A stretch of DNA of 64,000 bases, taken from positions 372,001 to 436,000 of the forward strand of contig OZ251240.1 in NCBI GenBank assembly GCA_965240325.2, read 5' to 3'. Of the stretch, positions 42,222 to 53,986 are shown in pieces. Position 1 is the stretch's first letter, and each line of letters starts with the position of its first letter. The DNA is from Rebecca billardiae RCC1528 (Eukaryota; Protista; Haptophyta). Position numbers and translations under genes: made by a program. Under the pieces are notes generated by a model, which was not told the origin of the DNA, made no database searches, and saw only the letters and a list, made by a program, of their open reading frames with translations.

Positions 42222-44657
42222 TCAGAAGAGCAGCGCGGGCGAGTCCGGCTCGTCGCCCGGCGCGCACAGCTCGATCGTCTCGATCTGGTGGATCGCCGAG
42301 TAGTTGAGCACGAGCTCGGGCTCGTGCGGCTGCAGCTGCTTCGCGCCCTCAAAGTCCGCGGCCGCCGCCTCGTACCGCCCGAGCGCCTTGTGCGAGAAGC
42401 CGCGGCGGAAGCGCGCGCGCGCGTTGTCCGGCTGCGCCGAGAGCACGCGCGAGAAATCGTGCACCGCCGCCGCGTGCTCGCGCGCGAGCTGCAGGGCCTT
42501 GGCGCGCTCGTGCCGGTACGCGGGCAGCTCGGGCCGCGCGGCGACCGCCTCGTTGAGCAGCTCGACCGCCTCGAAGTGCCGCCCCTGCCGCGCCGCGCAC
42601 AGCCCCCCCAGGTAGTAGGCGGCGTGCAGCCGCGCGCGCCCGAGGTGCGCGCGCGCGCCCGGCGCGAGCGCGAGCGCGAGATCGGCCGCGGCCGCGTCGT
42701 ACTCGGCTCGCATGAAGAGGATGGCGGCGCGCTGGTGGCGCAGCCGCGCGCCCGCCGCCGCCGCGGCGGCGCGCGCGGTGGCGAGCGCGGGCGCCGCCGC
42801 CGTCGGCGCGGCGCGTGTGCTCAGCCGCCCGCCCTCCGCGGCCGCGTGCGCGCCCGAGCCGGCGCCCTCATGCGCGCGCGAGATCGCAATCTCGAGGTCG
42901 GCGTGCGCGGCGGCGAGGTCGCCCTGGCGCGCGAGGCAGAGCGCGCGCGCCTCGAGCCAGCGGTGGTCCGTCGGCGCCTCCGCGAGCGCCGCGTCCAGGT
43001 CCGCCGCCGCGCGCGCCGTCTCGCCGAGCGCCGCGAGCGCGTGCGCGCGCTGGCCGCGCAGCTCGGCGCGCAGCGGCGCGTCTGCCGCATGCCGCGCCGC
43101 CGCGCGCGACGCGTCGTCGGCGGGCGGCGCGCCGTCGTCCGCGCCGGCGCCGCCGCCCGGCCGCGCGCGGTACACGCCGCGCCCCTCCGCCGCGCGCGCC
43201 GCCGCCTCCTCCGCCGCCGCCTCCGCCGCCTGCGCCGCGCGCGCGTCCGCGGCCGCCTCCGCCTCCGCGTGCAGCGCGCACGCGCGCTCGAGCTCGTCCA
43301 GCGCGGCGATCGGCTCGCCGAGGGCGAGGTGGGCGCGGCCGCGGAGGAGGTGCGTGCGCACGTCGCGCGGCTCGAGCGCGAGCGCCCGCTCCAGCCGCGC
43401 CAGCGCCGCCGACGCCTCCGCCGTGTCCAGCTGCACCGCGGCCGCGGCGATGTGCGCGTCGGCCGAGTCGGTCTCCAGCGCTGCGCATCGGTCGAGGGCG
43501 GCGAGCGCGTCTGCAAACCGCCCCTGCTGGTGCTTGAGCACGCCCATCTGGTAGTGGGCGCGCGCGAGCATGGGGTCGTCGGCGAGGACGGCGTCGATCT
43601 GCTCCTCCGAGCCCGACAGGTCGCCGAGCAGGTACAGCGCGCGCGCGAGCGCCAGCCGGTGCTCGGCGGCGCCGGGCGCGCGCTCGACCGCCGCTCGGAA
43701 CGCGGCCGCGGCCTCCGCCACCTCACCCGCCTGCGTGTACGCGTCGCCGAGGGCGGCGTGCATGGCGGCGTCGGCGGGGCGCAGCTCGATCGCGGCGCCC
43801 AGGTCGGAGAGCGCCTCCGAGAACCGCCCCTGCTGCACCAGCGCCGCCGCGCGGTTCGAGAGGAACGCGCTCGCGTCGGGCGCCAGCCGGATCGCCTCCG
43901 CAAAGAGAGCGAGCGACTCCTCCAGCTGGCCGAGCGCGGTGAGGGCGAGGGCGAGGGCGTTGAGGGCGTGCGCGTGGCGCGGGTCGAGGGCGAGCACGGC
44001 GCGCTGGTCCTCCGCCGCCTCCTCGTACCGCCGCAGCCCGTGCAGCAGCAGCCCGCGCTGGTGGTGCGCCTTGATCGTCTGCGCCGAGTGAGAGTCGCCC
44101 GCGAGCTCGATCGCGGCCGTGTGGTCGTCGACCGCGCGCGAGGCCTCGCCCATGTCGGCGAAGACGAGGGCGCGGTTGAAGCAGTAGGTCGAGTTGGTCG
44201 GCTCCATCGACACCGCGAGCTTCAGGTCGGCGAGCGCGTCGTCCAGCCGGCCGAGCCGGCGGAAGATCACGCCGCGCGAGCCGTAGTACGCGGACGTGGT
44301 CTCGTCGAGCCGGATCGCCATCGAGTAGTCGAAGAGGCAGCGCTCGAGGTCGCCCATGTTGCGGTAGCAGTTGCCGCGCGAGAAGAACGCCTTCCCGTTG
44401 TCCGGGTCGAGCGTGATCGCCTGCGTGAACGACTCCGCCGCCTTGGCGTAATCGCCCAGCCGGAACAGCCCCTGACCGTTCGTGAAGTTGGCGAGCGCGA
44501 GCTGGCGCGTGGCGCGGCGCTCGCGCCGCGCGTCGGCGGTCTTGGCCGCGGCGGCAGCGAGCGCCTTGTCCCGCGCGCTCCGCCCGCCGCCGCCGCCCGA
44601 GGCCGGCCGCGTGCCCGGCGGCGGCGGCGGCGGCGCGGGGCGGGCAGGCGGCGGCAT
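42222..44657 (-). CDS. Tetratricopeptide-repeat (TPR) protein, 811 aa
   Basis: Many 34-aa repeats such as AFFSRGNCY..DYSMAIRLD, YYGSRG..ALADLKLA and ARFRRGFSH..AAADFE. Confidence 0.9.
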   Translation of the reverse strand: MPPPARPAPPPPPPGTRPASGGGGGRSARDKALAAAAAKTADARRERRATRQLALANFTNGQGLFRLGDYAKAAESFTQAITLDPDNGKAFFSRGNCYRNMGDLERCLFDYSMAIRLDETTSAYYGSRGVIFRRLGRLDDALADLKLAVSMEPTNSTYCFNRALVFADMGEASRAVDDHTAAIELAGDSHSAQTIKAHHQRGLLLHGLRRYEEAAEDQRAVLALDPRHAHALNALALALTALGQLEESLALFAEAIRLAPDASAFLSNRAAALVQQGRFSEALSDLGAAIELRPADAAMHAALGDAYTQAGEVAEAAAAFRAAVERAPGAAEHRLALARALYLLGDLSGSEEQIDAVLADDPMLARAHYQMGVLKHQQGRFADALAALDRCAALETDSADAHIAAAAVQLDTAEASAALARLERALALEPRDVRTHLLRGRAHLALGEPIAALDELERACALHAEAEAAADARAAQAAEAAAEEAAARAAEGRGVYRARPGGGAGADDGAPPADDASRAAARHAADAPLRAELRGQRAHALAALGETARAAADLDAALAEAPTDHRWLEARALCLARQGDLAAAHADLEIAISRAHEGAGSGAHAAAEGGRLSTRAAPTAAAPALATARAAAAAAGARLRHQRAAILFMRAEYDAAAADLALALAPGARAHLGRARLHAAYYLGGLCAARQGRHFEAVELLNEAVAARPELPAYRHERAKALQLAREHAAAVHDFSRVLSAQPDNARARFRRGFSHKALGRYEAAAADFEGAKQLQPHEPELVLNYSAIHQIETIELCAPGDEPDSPALLF

Positions 44658-46039
44658 GCTGTGGTGAGCAGCAGCCTGTCTTCGCCTTTATAACCGCGCG
44701 CGCGTCGCGCTCCTTCTGGCGAACCGGTGTTTACGATAGGCGGATGCAGGGGTTGCCTGGGGCCGCCAGTCGCCACGGGGGGGGGCAGGGCGGCGAGGCA
44801 GCGCCCGCCCGGCAGCACATCGCCCCCCCCGTGGACGCTGACTCAAGCCGCACCCACCCCAGCGCGGCGATCCCACGCCAGGGAGGGCGGGCGGGAGGCG
44901 GAGGAGCGCCGCTGGCTGTCCGTGAGTGTGCCGGCGCCGCCGCGGCCTGCCGCCCGGGGGCCCCGGGCCCGGGCGGGGCCGCTGTGCTCAGGCGTCGGCC
45001 GGGGCAGGGTGCGCCGGGGGGCAGTCGCGGCGGAAGCGGTCGGCTGCACGACGTGGGCTGCCCTGACCGGCCCCGAAGGTGCGCCTGTCACGCCGAGGGT
45101 CGGCCCGCCTGCAGGTACGCTCACTTTCCGCTTGGTACCCGCGCCGCAAAGGCGAGCTGCTTCCGACTCACATCTCGTCACCGTCCGGTCACTCCGGCGA
45201 TGCCGCTGCGAGCGCCGAACCCGCGTCCGGCCAGGTATACGCCCACCTAGCGGGGAGGGGCACGGACGGCGGCGGAGCAGCGACGCGGCAGTCATAACGC
45301 GATAACCACCGCGGACTGCCAAACCCACCACTCCCGTCGCGTCGGCCATCGCCCCATAACCGCGCGCGCGTCGCGCTCCTTCTGGCGAACCGGTGTTTAC
45401 GATAGGCGGATGCAGGGGTTGCCTGGGGCCGCCAGTCGCCACGGGGGGGGGCAGGGCGGCGAGGCAGCGCCCGCCCAAAGAGGCGCAGCGCCAGGCGCCA
45501 CGCCGGCGTGGCCGGCGTCGGCCGGCGCGGCCGAGGCCAGGCCCGGCCCCGACCCCCAGAGGCGCAGCGCCCTGCCCACCACCACGCCGCACGCCGCCGG
45601 TGTGAGGCCGCGGAGCGGCGGACTGGGTGCCCCCCCCCCTCCCCCCCAGCGCTCAGCCCCTGCCAGAGGTCGCCGAGAGCCCGCAGCGACCGGCGGACCA
45701 CAGGACCACTGGCGTAACCCGCCCGTCGTCGCGCGCCGGCACAGGCCAGGCGAAGCGCTGCAGGTGACCCGCAGGCCACGCCGTCCACTTGCCCGACGAA
45801 ACCGCCCAGCAGCACGCGCGCACCGCCGCCGCCGCCGCCGGCCGGCGAGAGCGCATGCGCCCGAGCCGTCGCGGAACACACCCGAGCCGACATGAGGCGC
45901 AGGTATCGACGTCGGCTTGCCGACAACGTCGTCAACCACGCGCCTGCAGACCGCACGAGCGCCCGTGAAAGCGCGCCGAAAAGGGGCGTGCGAGGTGACG
46001 CGCACGGTGCGCGAATGGTGATGGCCGTGCGGCGCACGA

Positions 46040-47025
46040 ATGACGATCGGTGCGCGCGCACGATGAGCGGTGCGCGCGCGGGCGGATCGGAGCGCGCGCA
46101 TGATAAACGGCGCATGATACTCGGCGCGCGCGCATGACGGCGCGCGCGCATGATGATCGGCGCTGGTCGGTGCGCGCGCATGATGATCGTCACGCGATGA
46201 TCGTCGCGCGCGCATGACCATGCGCGCGCGTGACGAATTCGCCGCAACGGCTCGCGCGAGAGGCACAAGGCGATTGACGATGAACGCGACCACGTTCGAG
46301 CGCTCGAGCGAAGCAGGAGGTGATGAGTGAGGAAGATGGCACAGGAATGGGAGAGGAACGCGTGGCGCGTGGCGGGAAGGGCCAGGCACGCTCGGCGTGA
46401 GGAAAGGAACGCGCGTAGAAACGGAACGGAACGGAACGCAGCGGTTCGAGCGATAGACAGGAGGTGATTGACGATGATGAGCGCGTCCGCGCTCGAGCGA
46501 CGCAGAAGGTGACGAGCGAGGAAGACCAAGGCCAGGTGAAAGCGCCGCAGGTGGCCAGCGGGCCACGTCGCTTTTCGCGCCCGAAAACGCCCAGCAGCGC
46601 GCGCGCCCCGCTGCAGTGGCAGCCGACCGGCGAGAGCTGCATCCGCCAGAGCCGCCACGCGGCGCAGGTATCAACGCCGGCCCGCCGACAACGTCGTCCC
46701 CGACACCCCGGCCACAGACACCACGTACACCCATGTAAGCGCGCCGAAAGGTGCGCGCGAGGATGGCGCACTCGGCACCCGAATGATGATGATGGTTATT
46801 GCGCGGAGCACGAATGATGATCGGCGCGCGCGGGTATCAACGCCAGCCCGCCGACGACGTCGTCCCCCACGCCCCGGCCACAGACACCACGTACGCCCAT
46901 GTAAGCGCGCCGAAAGGTGTGTGCGATGATGGCACGCTCGGCACCCGGATGATGATGCGATGGTTACGCTGAGCACGAAGTGATGATCGGCGCGCGCACA
47001 TGATGATGATCGGCGCGCGCGCATG
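46040..47025 (+). repeat. GCGCGCGCATGATGATC-type short repeats and a ~185-bp imperfect tandem duplication (~46665-46835 and ~46833-47020)
   Basis: GGTATCAACGCC(G/A)GCCCGCCGAC...GGCCACAGACACCACGTAC..CCATGTAAGCGCGCCGAAAGGTG occurs twice. Confidence 0.8.
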
Positions 47026-47091
47026 AGAAGACAGGTGCGAGTGACGCGCGGAGAATAAGATGCGCGCGGAGACGATAGGCGCGGAGGGCAT

Positions 47092-47535
47092 AGGCGCAAG
47101 TAACGCGCGGAGGAGATAGGCGCAAGTAACGCGCGGAGAAGATAGGCGCAAGTAACGCGCGGAGAAGATATAGTAGGCGCAAGTACCGCGCGGAGACAGG
47201 CGCAAGTAACGCGCGGAGAAGATAGGCGCAAGTAAACGCGCGGAGAAGATATAGTAGGCGCAAGTAACGCGCGGAGACAGGCGCAAGTAACGCGCGGAGA
47301 AGTAGATAGTATAGGCGCAAGTAACGCGCGGAGGAGGTATAGGCGCAAGTAACGCGCGGAGACAGGCGCAAGTAACGCGTGGGGAAGTAGATATAGTAGG
47401 CGCAAGTAACGCGCGGAGAAGTAGATAGGCGCAAGTGACGCGCGGAGACAGGCGCAAGTAACGCGCGGAGAAGTAGATAGTAGGCGCAAGTAACGCGCGG
47501 AGATGAGATAGGCGCAAGTGACGCGCGGAGAAGAT
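47092..47535 (+). repeat. Minisatellite: 16 copies of AGGCGCAAGTAACGCGCGGAG with short variable purine/TA-rich linkers
   Basis: Counted directly; period about 23-34 nt. Confidence 0.95.
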
Positions 47536-47584
47536 AGGGTGCGCACACGATGATCGGCGCATGATGATCGGCGCGCGCGCGAGG

Positions 47585-47662
47585 GATAGACAGATAGACA
47601 GATAGACAGATAGACAGATAGACAGATAGACAGATAGATAGACAGATAGATAGACAGATAGA
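47585..47662 (+). repeat. (GATAGACA)n / (GATA)n microsatellite
   Basis: Seen directly. Confidence 0.95.
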
Positions 47663-47989
47663 CGCGCGAGTGAGCGACGGCGAGCTGTAGAGAAGGGTGA
47701 GTCGTGCGGCGGCGAGTGGCGGCGGCGTGCTTGCAGCGCGGCAGCGGCGTGCGGCGAGCGCGAACACGCGGAGCGCGCGCGGCTCCGCTGTTGCGCCCCG
47801 AGGGGCCCGCGCCGAAGAAGCGCGCTCGCTCGAGCGGGGGGCAGATCGAAGGTGATGAAGCGCGCGGTTCCGCTCAAGCGAAGTAGAAGGTGATGAGCGA
47901 CGAGTGTGCCCGACGGACGACAGCGCAACGACACCTCACGCGCCGCCCCGCCGGCCGCCCAACAGATGGCCGAGAACGGGACGCCGAAG

Positions 47990-48872
47990 TAGCATGTGTG
48001 CGCTCACTGCCCGCGCCGCCGACATGCGCTCCAGCTCGGACGAAGGGCAGAAGGTGTTGTTGAGCGCGCCCCCGCGAGCGCGCAGCAGCTGGTGAGGAGC
48101 GTGTTGTTGAGCGCACCCCCTCGAGCGCGCAGCAGCTGGTGAGGAGCGTGGAGCGTGCCCGACACACGCCCGCTGGCGCCGCCCCGCCGTGCGCCCAGCC
48201 GCCGGACGCTGCCGATGGACGCAGAAGCAGCATGGATGCGCACGAGTCTCGTCCAGCGCCAAAATGCGCTCGCGCGCGAGCGAGGTAGACAGTGCCGAGC
48301 GCGCCCACGCTCGAGCGAAGCAGGTGGAGATGAGCGAGGAGCGCGCCCGACGGACGGCAGCGCACCGGCACCTCACTTACCACCCCGACGTTCCGAAGCA
48401 GCATGTGTGCGCTCACTGCCCGCGCCGCCGACATGCGCTCCAGCTCGGACGAAGGGCAGAAGGTGTTGTTGAGCGCGCCCCCGCGAGCGCGCAGCAGCTG
48501 GTGAGGAGCGTTGCGCTCCAGCTCGGACGAAGGGCAGAAGGTGTTGTTGAGCGCGCCCCCGCGAGCGCGCAGCAGCTGGTGAGGAGCGTGTTGTTGAGCG
48601 CGCCCCCGCGAGCGCGCAGCAGCTGGTGAGGAGCGTGGAGCGTGCCCGACACACGCCCGCTGGCGCCGCCCCGCCGTGCGCCCAGCCGCCGGACGCTGCC
48701 GATGGACGCAGAAGCAGCATGGATGCGCACGAGTCTCGTCCAGCGCCAAAATGCGCTCGCGCGCGAGCGAGGCAGACAGCGCCGAGCGCGCCCACGCTCG
48801 AGCGAAGCAGGTGGAGATGAGCGCGGAGCGCGCCCGACGGACGGCAGCGCACCGGCACCTCACTTACCACCC
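47990..48872 (+). repeat. ~400-bp tandem duplication with nested GTGTTGTTGAGCGCGCCCCCGCGAGCGCGCAGCAGCTGGTGAGGAGC sub-repeats
   Basis: ~47991-48386 matches ~48400-48873; the second copy has an extra sub-unit. Confidence 0.9.
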
Positions 48873-49741
48873 CGATGTGCGCCCCCCGATGTGCGCCCGG
48901 CCACCGGACGCCTCAGAAGGACACCCAGCACAAGCGTGGTCGCGCACGAGCGGATGAGAGAAGCAGAAGGCGCTGAGCGTTCCCCTCGAGTAAAGCAGTG
49001 GGCCATGAGGAGGAGGGAGCACGACGGACGGCAGTGCCCAGCACCTCGCGCTCCGCCTCGCAGTGCGCACGACCGTCGGATGCCGCCGCAGAAGGACGCC
49101 GAAGCAGCATCGTGAGAGTTCGAGCGTGATGCACGCGCACCACGCCAGGGGGGGACAACGAGGAACGGGGAGCGAAGGAGGCGGAGGAGCGCCGCTGGCT
49201 GTCCGTGAGTGTGCCGGCGCCGCCGCGGCCTGCCGCCCGGGGGCCCCGGGCCCGGGCGGGGCCGCTGTGCTCAGGCGTCGGCCGGGGCAGGGTGCGCCGG
49301 GGGGCAGTCGCGGCGGAAGCGGTCGGCTGCACGACGTGGGCTGCCCTGACCGGCCCCGAAGGTGCGCCTGTCACGCCGAGGGTCGGCCCGCCTGCAGGTA
49401 CGCTCACTTTCCGCTTGGTACCCGCGCCGCAAAGGCGAGCTGCTTCCGACTCACATCTCGTCACCGTCCGGTCACTCCGGCGATGCCGCTGCGAGCGCCG
49501 AACCCGCGTCCGGCCAGGTATACGCCCACCTAGCGGGGAGGGGCACGGACGGCGGCGGAGCAGCGACGCGGCAGTCATAACGCGATAACCACCGCGGACT
49601 GCCAAACCCACCACTCCCGTCGCGTCGGCCATCGCCCCGAAACTGCCGCATGCACGTTGGCGGTCGTCGGCAGCCAAATCTACGACCGGGGGGGCAGCCG
49701 CACGCGCGGCACGCCCGGCCCGGGCGGCCGCCCGCGGCGCG

Positions 49742-51537
49742 ATGCAGGGCCTCTTCGCCGCGCTGCACGAGGCGCAGTCGGCGGTGGAGGGGCTGATCGC
49801 GCCGGGCGCGCGCGGCGCGCAGCCAGCGCAGCCAGCGCCCTCGCCGCCGCCCGAGCCACCCTCCGCGCCGCCGCTCTCCGCGCCGAGCACCACGCCCGAG
49901 GAGCGCGTGCGCCTCTTCGAGCAGCTGCTCGGCGCGCGCACGGTCGACCTGCGCCGGCTGCGCGAGCTCGCGTTCGACGGCGTGCCGGAGACGCCGGGGA
50001 ATCGGCTGCGCTCGCTTGTGTGGAAGGTGCGCGCCACTCGCCTCCGCGCGCCGCGCGCCGCACCGCGCTCTGAGCGCGCGCCGCCACCGGCGCGCGCGCC
50101 GCGCGCAGCTGCTGCTTGGCTACCTGCCCGCCGAGCGCGCGGCGTGGGAGGAGACGTACGCGCGGCAGCGGCAGCTGTACCGCGAGTTCAAGACCGAGCT
50201 CATGATCGTGCCCGGCCAGCGCCAGCGCAGCGCCGACGGCGTCGCGCCCGACACGCCGCCTGGCCCGGCGCGGCGCGCGGACGCGCCGAGCTCAGTGCCG
50301 CGCAGCACGCCGGCGGCGACCGAGGTGGCGCTGGACGAGCACCCGCTCACGAGCGCGCCGGACTCGGAGTGGACGGAGTACTTCCGAAACGCCGACCTGT
50401 TCGACGAGATCCAGAAGGACGTCTCGCGCACGCTGCCCGACTACGGCTTCTACTCAGACGACGGTGCGGCCGGCCGCGCGCGCGCGCGACACGGCGCCAT
50501 GCGCAGAGCGCGGCGCGTGCGCGCTCGGGCTCGGGCGGGCGCGCGGGCGCGCGCGCGCGCGGGCGGGCGCCGCGCGACGACGCGCCGCGCACGGCCCTCA
50601 CCCCGCCTCGGCCCCCGCCCGCGCCCCTGCCGCCGCGCGCGCGCCGCGCGCAGGCCCGCGCGGCTGCGCGCACCGGGCGGCCATTCTGCACTGCCTGTTC
50701 GTGTACGCTCGGCTCAACCCGGGTATCCGGTACGTGCAGGGGATGAACGAGCTGCTCGCGCCGCTGTACTACACGCTGCTGCAGGAGCTCGAGCTGCAGC
50801 CGGGCATGGAGCTGCCGGCGGAGGCGGGCGGCGCCGACGCGGGCGGCGGCGGCGGCGGCGGCGGCGCGAGCGGCGGCGGCGCCGACGGCGGCGCCGTGCT
50901 TGCGCGCGCGGTCGGCGCGCCGTCCGGCTCGGCGCGGCCGACGCGCGCGGAGGTGGCGGCGGAGGCGGACGCATTCTTCTGCTTCACCGCGCTGATGGCC
51001 GAGACGCGCGACTCCTTCTGCGCCTCCCTCGACCACTCGAACAACGTGGGCGTGAGCGCGGCCATTCGCTCACTGGACGCGCTGCTGGCCGCGCGCGACC
51101 CGGCGGTGCATGCGCATTTGGCCGAGCAGAGGGTGTCGCCGACGTTCTGGTCGTTCCGCTGGCTCACGCTGCTGTGCACGCAGGAGTTCGACCTGCCCGA
51201 CGTGCTGCGCATCTGGGACTCGTTCCTCGCCGACGAGGCGCGCTTCGCGTACGCGCGCCACTTCTGCTGCGCCATGGTGGTGCACATCCGCGCGCGCCTG
51301 CTGGGCGCAGACTTCGCCGAGATCGTCAAGACGCTGCAGCGCTACCCGGAGCCGGACGTGGAGGCGCTGCACGGCATCGCGAAGCGGCTGTACACGGGCG
51401 GGGAGGCGGGCACGGGCGCGGGCGGCGCCGCGCTCGACGCGCCGCCGCTCGACGCCGGCGCACCGGCCGGCGGCGGACCGGCGCAGCAGCCGCGCGCGGC
51501 GCAGAAGCAGCAGCCGCCAACGGCTGCAGCCGCCGCT

Positions 51538-51568
<31 letters not shown>

Positions 51569-52032
51569 ATGGCGCGGCGCCGAGCCGCGCGGCGGTGGGG
51601 CCGGCGTCTGCAGAGGCGCCCGCCGTGCTCGGCCCAGGCGGGCTCGCCGCCGCTGCCGCCGCCGTGCGCCGCGTCGCCTCCGGCGGCAACAGCGGCGGCG
51701 ACCGCGCGGGCGGGGCGGGCGGGCGCGCCCTCGCCATGCTGCCGCTCACGCCAGCGGCCGGCCCGGCGGAGGCCGGTGCAGAGGCGGCGCGTGGCGGCCA
51801 CGCTGCGGGCAGCGGCGGCGAGGCCGGCGGCGGAGGGGGCTGGTGCGCGGGGGTTGGCGGCGGCGGCGGCGTAGGCGGAGGCGAGCCTGGAGCCCCTCGG
51901 CCTCCGGCGCGCGGCGGCGGACCCCACGGCCTGCTGGCCAGCCTGACGGCATCCAACGGCGCGCGCCAAGCGAGCGGGCGCGCGGGCGGCGTGGTCGACC
52001 TCCAGGTGGCGCCGGGAGGAGGCGCGGCATGA
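49742..52032 (+). CDS. TBC-domain Rab GTPase-activating protein (TBC1D13-like); 3 exons (introns 50027-50108, 50464-50653)
   Basis: LRELAFDGVP..RSLVWK|LLLGYLP, IQKDVSRT (R finger), YVQGMNELLAP (Q finger), EADAFFCF, FRWLTLLCTQEF, RIWDS. Confidence 0.92.
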
Positions 52033-53986
52033 CCGATTACCAGCGCACGCGCGCAGCAGGTCGTTGATCATATACAGTAACAGTTACTGATCACGGCAGT
52101 GCGCCCTGCGGATACTGGCGCGGATTGCTATCGCGGTTCATTCAGGTAAAGGTTGCAGTCCGCGCGCCGCGGATCATATTAGCGTCGCCGCGGGCAGCAT
52201 GGCCCGTCGCCGGGCCGCATGCGGGCATGCCGCCACATGGCACATCGGCAGCCATCAGGCCCGCACAGGCACATGCAGTGCCAGTGCGGCCCGCGATCAC
52301 GTCTCCTGACGCCGTACCGCGGCGGCCCTGACTGTAGGGGGGCCAAAGTGGCACTGTGACGTGACTGACGGCTACGAGCGCTACTGGTCCTAGCGAGTGT
52401 TCAGCGCTGATTTCGGGCTGGATCATTTGCCCTCTGGAGGGGTCTGGGCTAGCCAAGTAAAAAAATCAGGTGCACATACCCTGCTGAATATAGCTAGGGC
52501 GTAACGGCTAGCATATTTACTTATTAGAATGAGCCTGAACTTATTGGAATAAACGGCATATAACGGCCGTCTTATATATATGTGACATATAGACCATGTC
52601 GACCTCACTTTGAAGTTTGATAGAGCATCTCTGCAAGATGGCGTTCTGAGTCCCCAGCAGCAGCAGGTCCCAACATGCGATATAGGCTGTGATGTACTGG
52701 CAGGCTGTCAAATACGTAGTTTCCCGGAAGCCACTGGTCGTTACATACCCACCGTGTATATAGCCGCCATGCTGATGAATACAGTCTCGTCTGATCTCGA
52801 GCCGCGAGTAGATACGTTGTCAGACTGTGTATACGGCCATGCGTACGGCGTATTGCAGACATGATGTACCCAAAGCACCGGCCCCATGTCCTCAGCCCGG
52901 GAGCCCTCTCGGTCATAATCAAGGTTTAAAGTCACTCGAGCCAACCGTCACCGCTCCCTGGCCGATACCTACGAGGCAGGTCAAATCTGTCGTCGTCGCA
53001 GTGCGGCACAGTGCCGAGCATGCGATTCGGCAGCAAACGCCTGCTCCAGGCGGTGACTGGCGTTTCTGCACCAAACCAGGCTGGATGGGATCGGTCCATA
53101 TAGGTACGCCCTACCATGCCCTGTTCCGCGCTATTTCTGGGCTTTGGGGCGGATATTCGGCCTACAGAGGCTGATCCGGCGCTGTTCGGCGCTCCTGGCT
53201 GGCTGCGCGGAGCCCAACGGCAAGCGCCGGCGTGTGCAAGGTGTCAAGATTGAGACGGTCTCTGACGCTCCCGCCGATCTTGGGCGCAGCAGGGTGCATG
53301 AGGGCCCATCTGCATCTGCTTCTGCAGGCATGAACGTCACAGGGGCGCGCTTGCAGGCACGGTCGAGTGCACGTCAGACCTGTCGAATGAGCCAACCGTG
53401 GCCTGCAAGCACGTCCGCGACGTCCTGGGAGGCGATTGGGAGGCGCCCCGACGCTGCCTGGAGGCGCATGTGACCCATACCCAACGTGCTACTATCGCAA
53501 GTGCCACGGCAGGTGTAAACACGGCCCCTACAAGCGGAACATGGCAGTTGCGGGCTCCGCGGAGGTGTTGTGCGCGAGCTCAAACCGGTCTGCTGACGGC
53601 GATTCCGGCGCAGCAGGGCAGGTTAGGCGAGTTGATCATGCACATACATGCCTAGACACCCGCTCCGAGCACCGATCTCACCACTCCGAGTTGATCATGA
53701 TCCACACCGAGCGGTAGCGTGACGGGCGTACGCAGCGCGCCAATTCAGGCCCGCCAACGCGCGCCGCGCACGGCGCGAGGTGGCCAAGAACAGGGTGGTG
53801 AGCCGCTGGTGGCGCAAAGGCACGGGTCAGAAGCGCCCACCAGCGTCACGCGCGCGCGCACCCGAGACCATCTCGGCGTCTCATAGGTCGCGAGCGCGCG
53901 GCGGTCCACTGCCTCCGGCCGCTCGTGCTGGAGCGGACCCGAGCTCTGAGCGTCCGAAGGCGTCGGAGCTGTACAGTTTACCCCCA

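Larger units (their letters stand above)
44690..49638 (-). mobile_element. Non-autonomous split-direct-repeat (PAT/Ngaro/TOC1-like) YR-retrotransposon derivative
   Basis: Minus-strand order is A1 (49638-49177), internal region, B1 (45476-45356), A2 (45355-44894), spacer, B2 (44810-44690). A is 462 bp and B is 121 bp, with copies identical by eye. No RT or YR ORF. Confidence 0.8.

Noticed and set aside
47092-47535. CRISPR-like array of conserved 21-nt repeats
   Set aside because: Linkers are only ~2-13 nt, low-complexity and recurrent. No cas genes, and the context is eukaryotic.
46671-47934. Hydrophobic repeat ORFs (SARYLRL / SPRVTCAY)
   Set aside because: Translations of a minisatellite whose unit lengths are not multiples of three.
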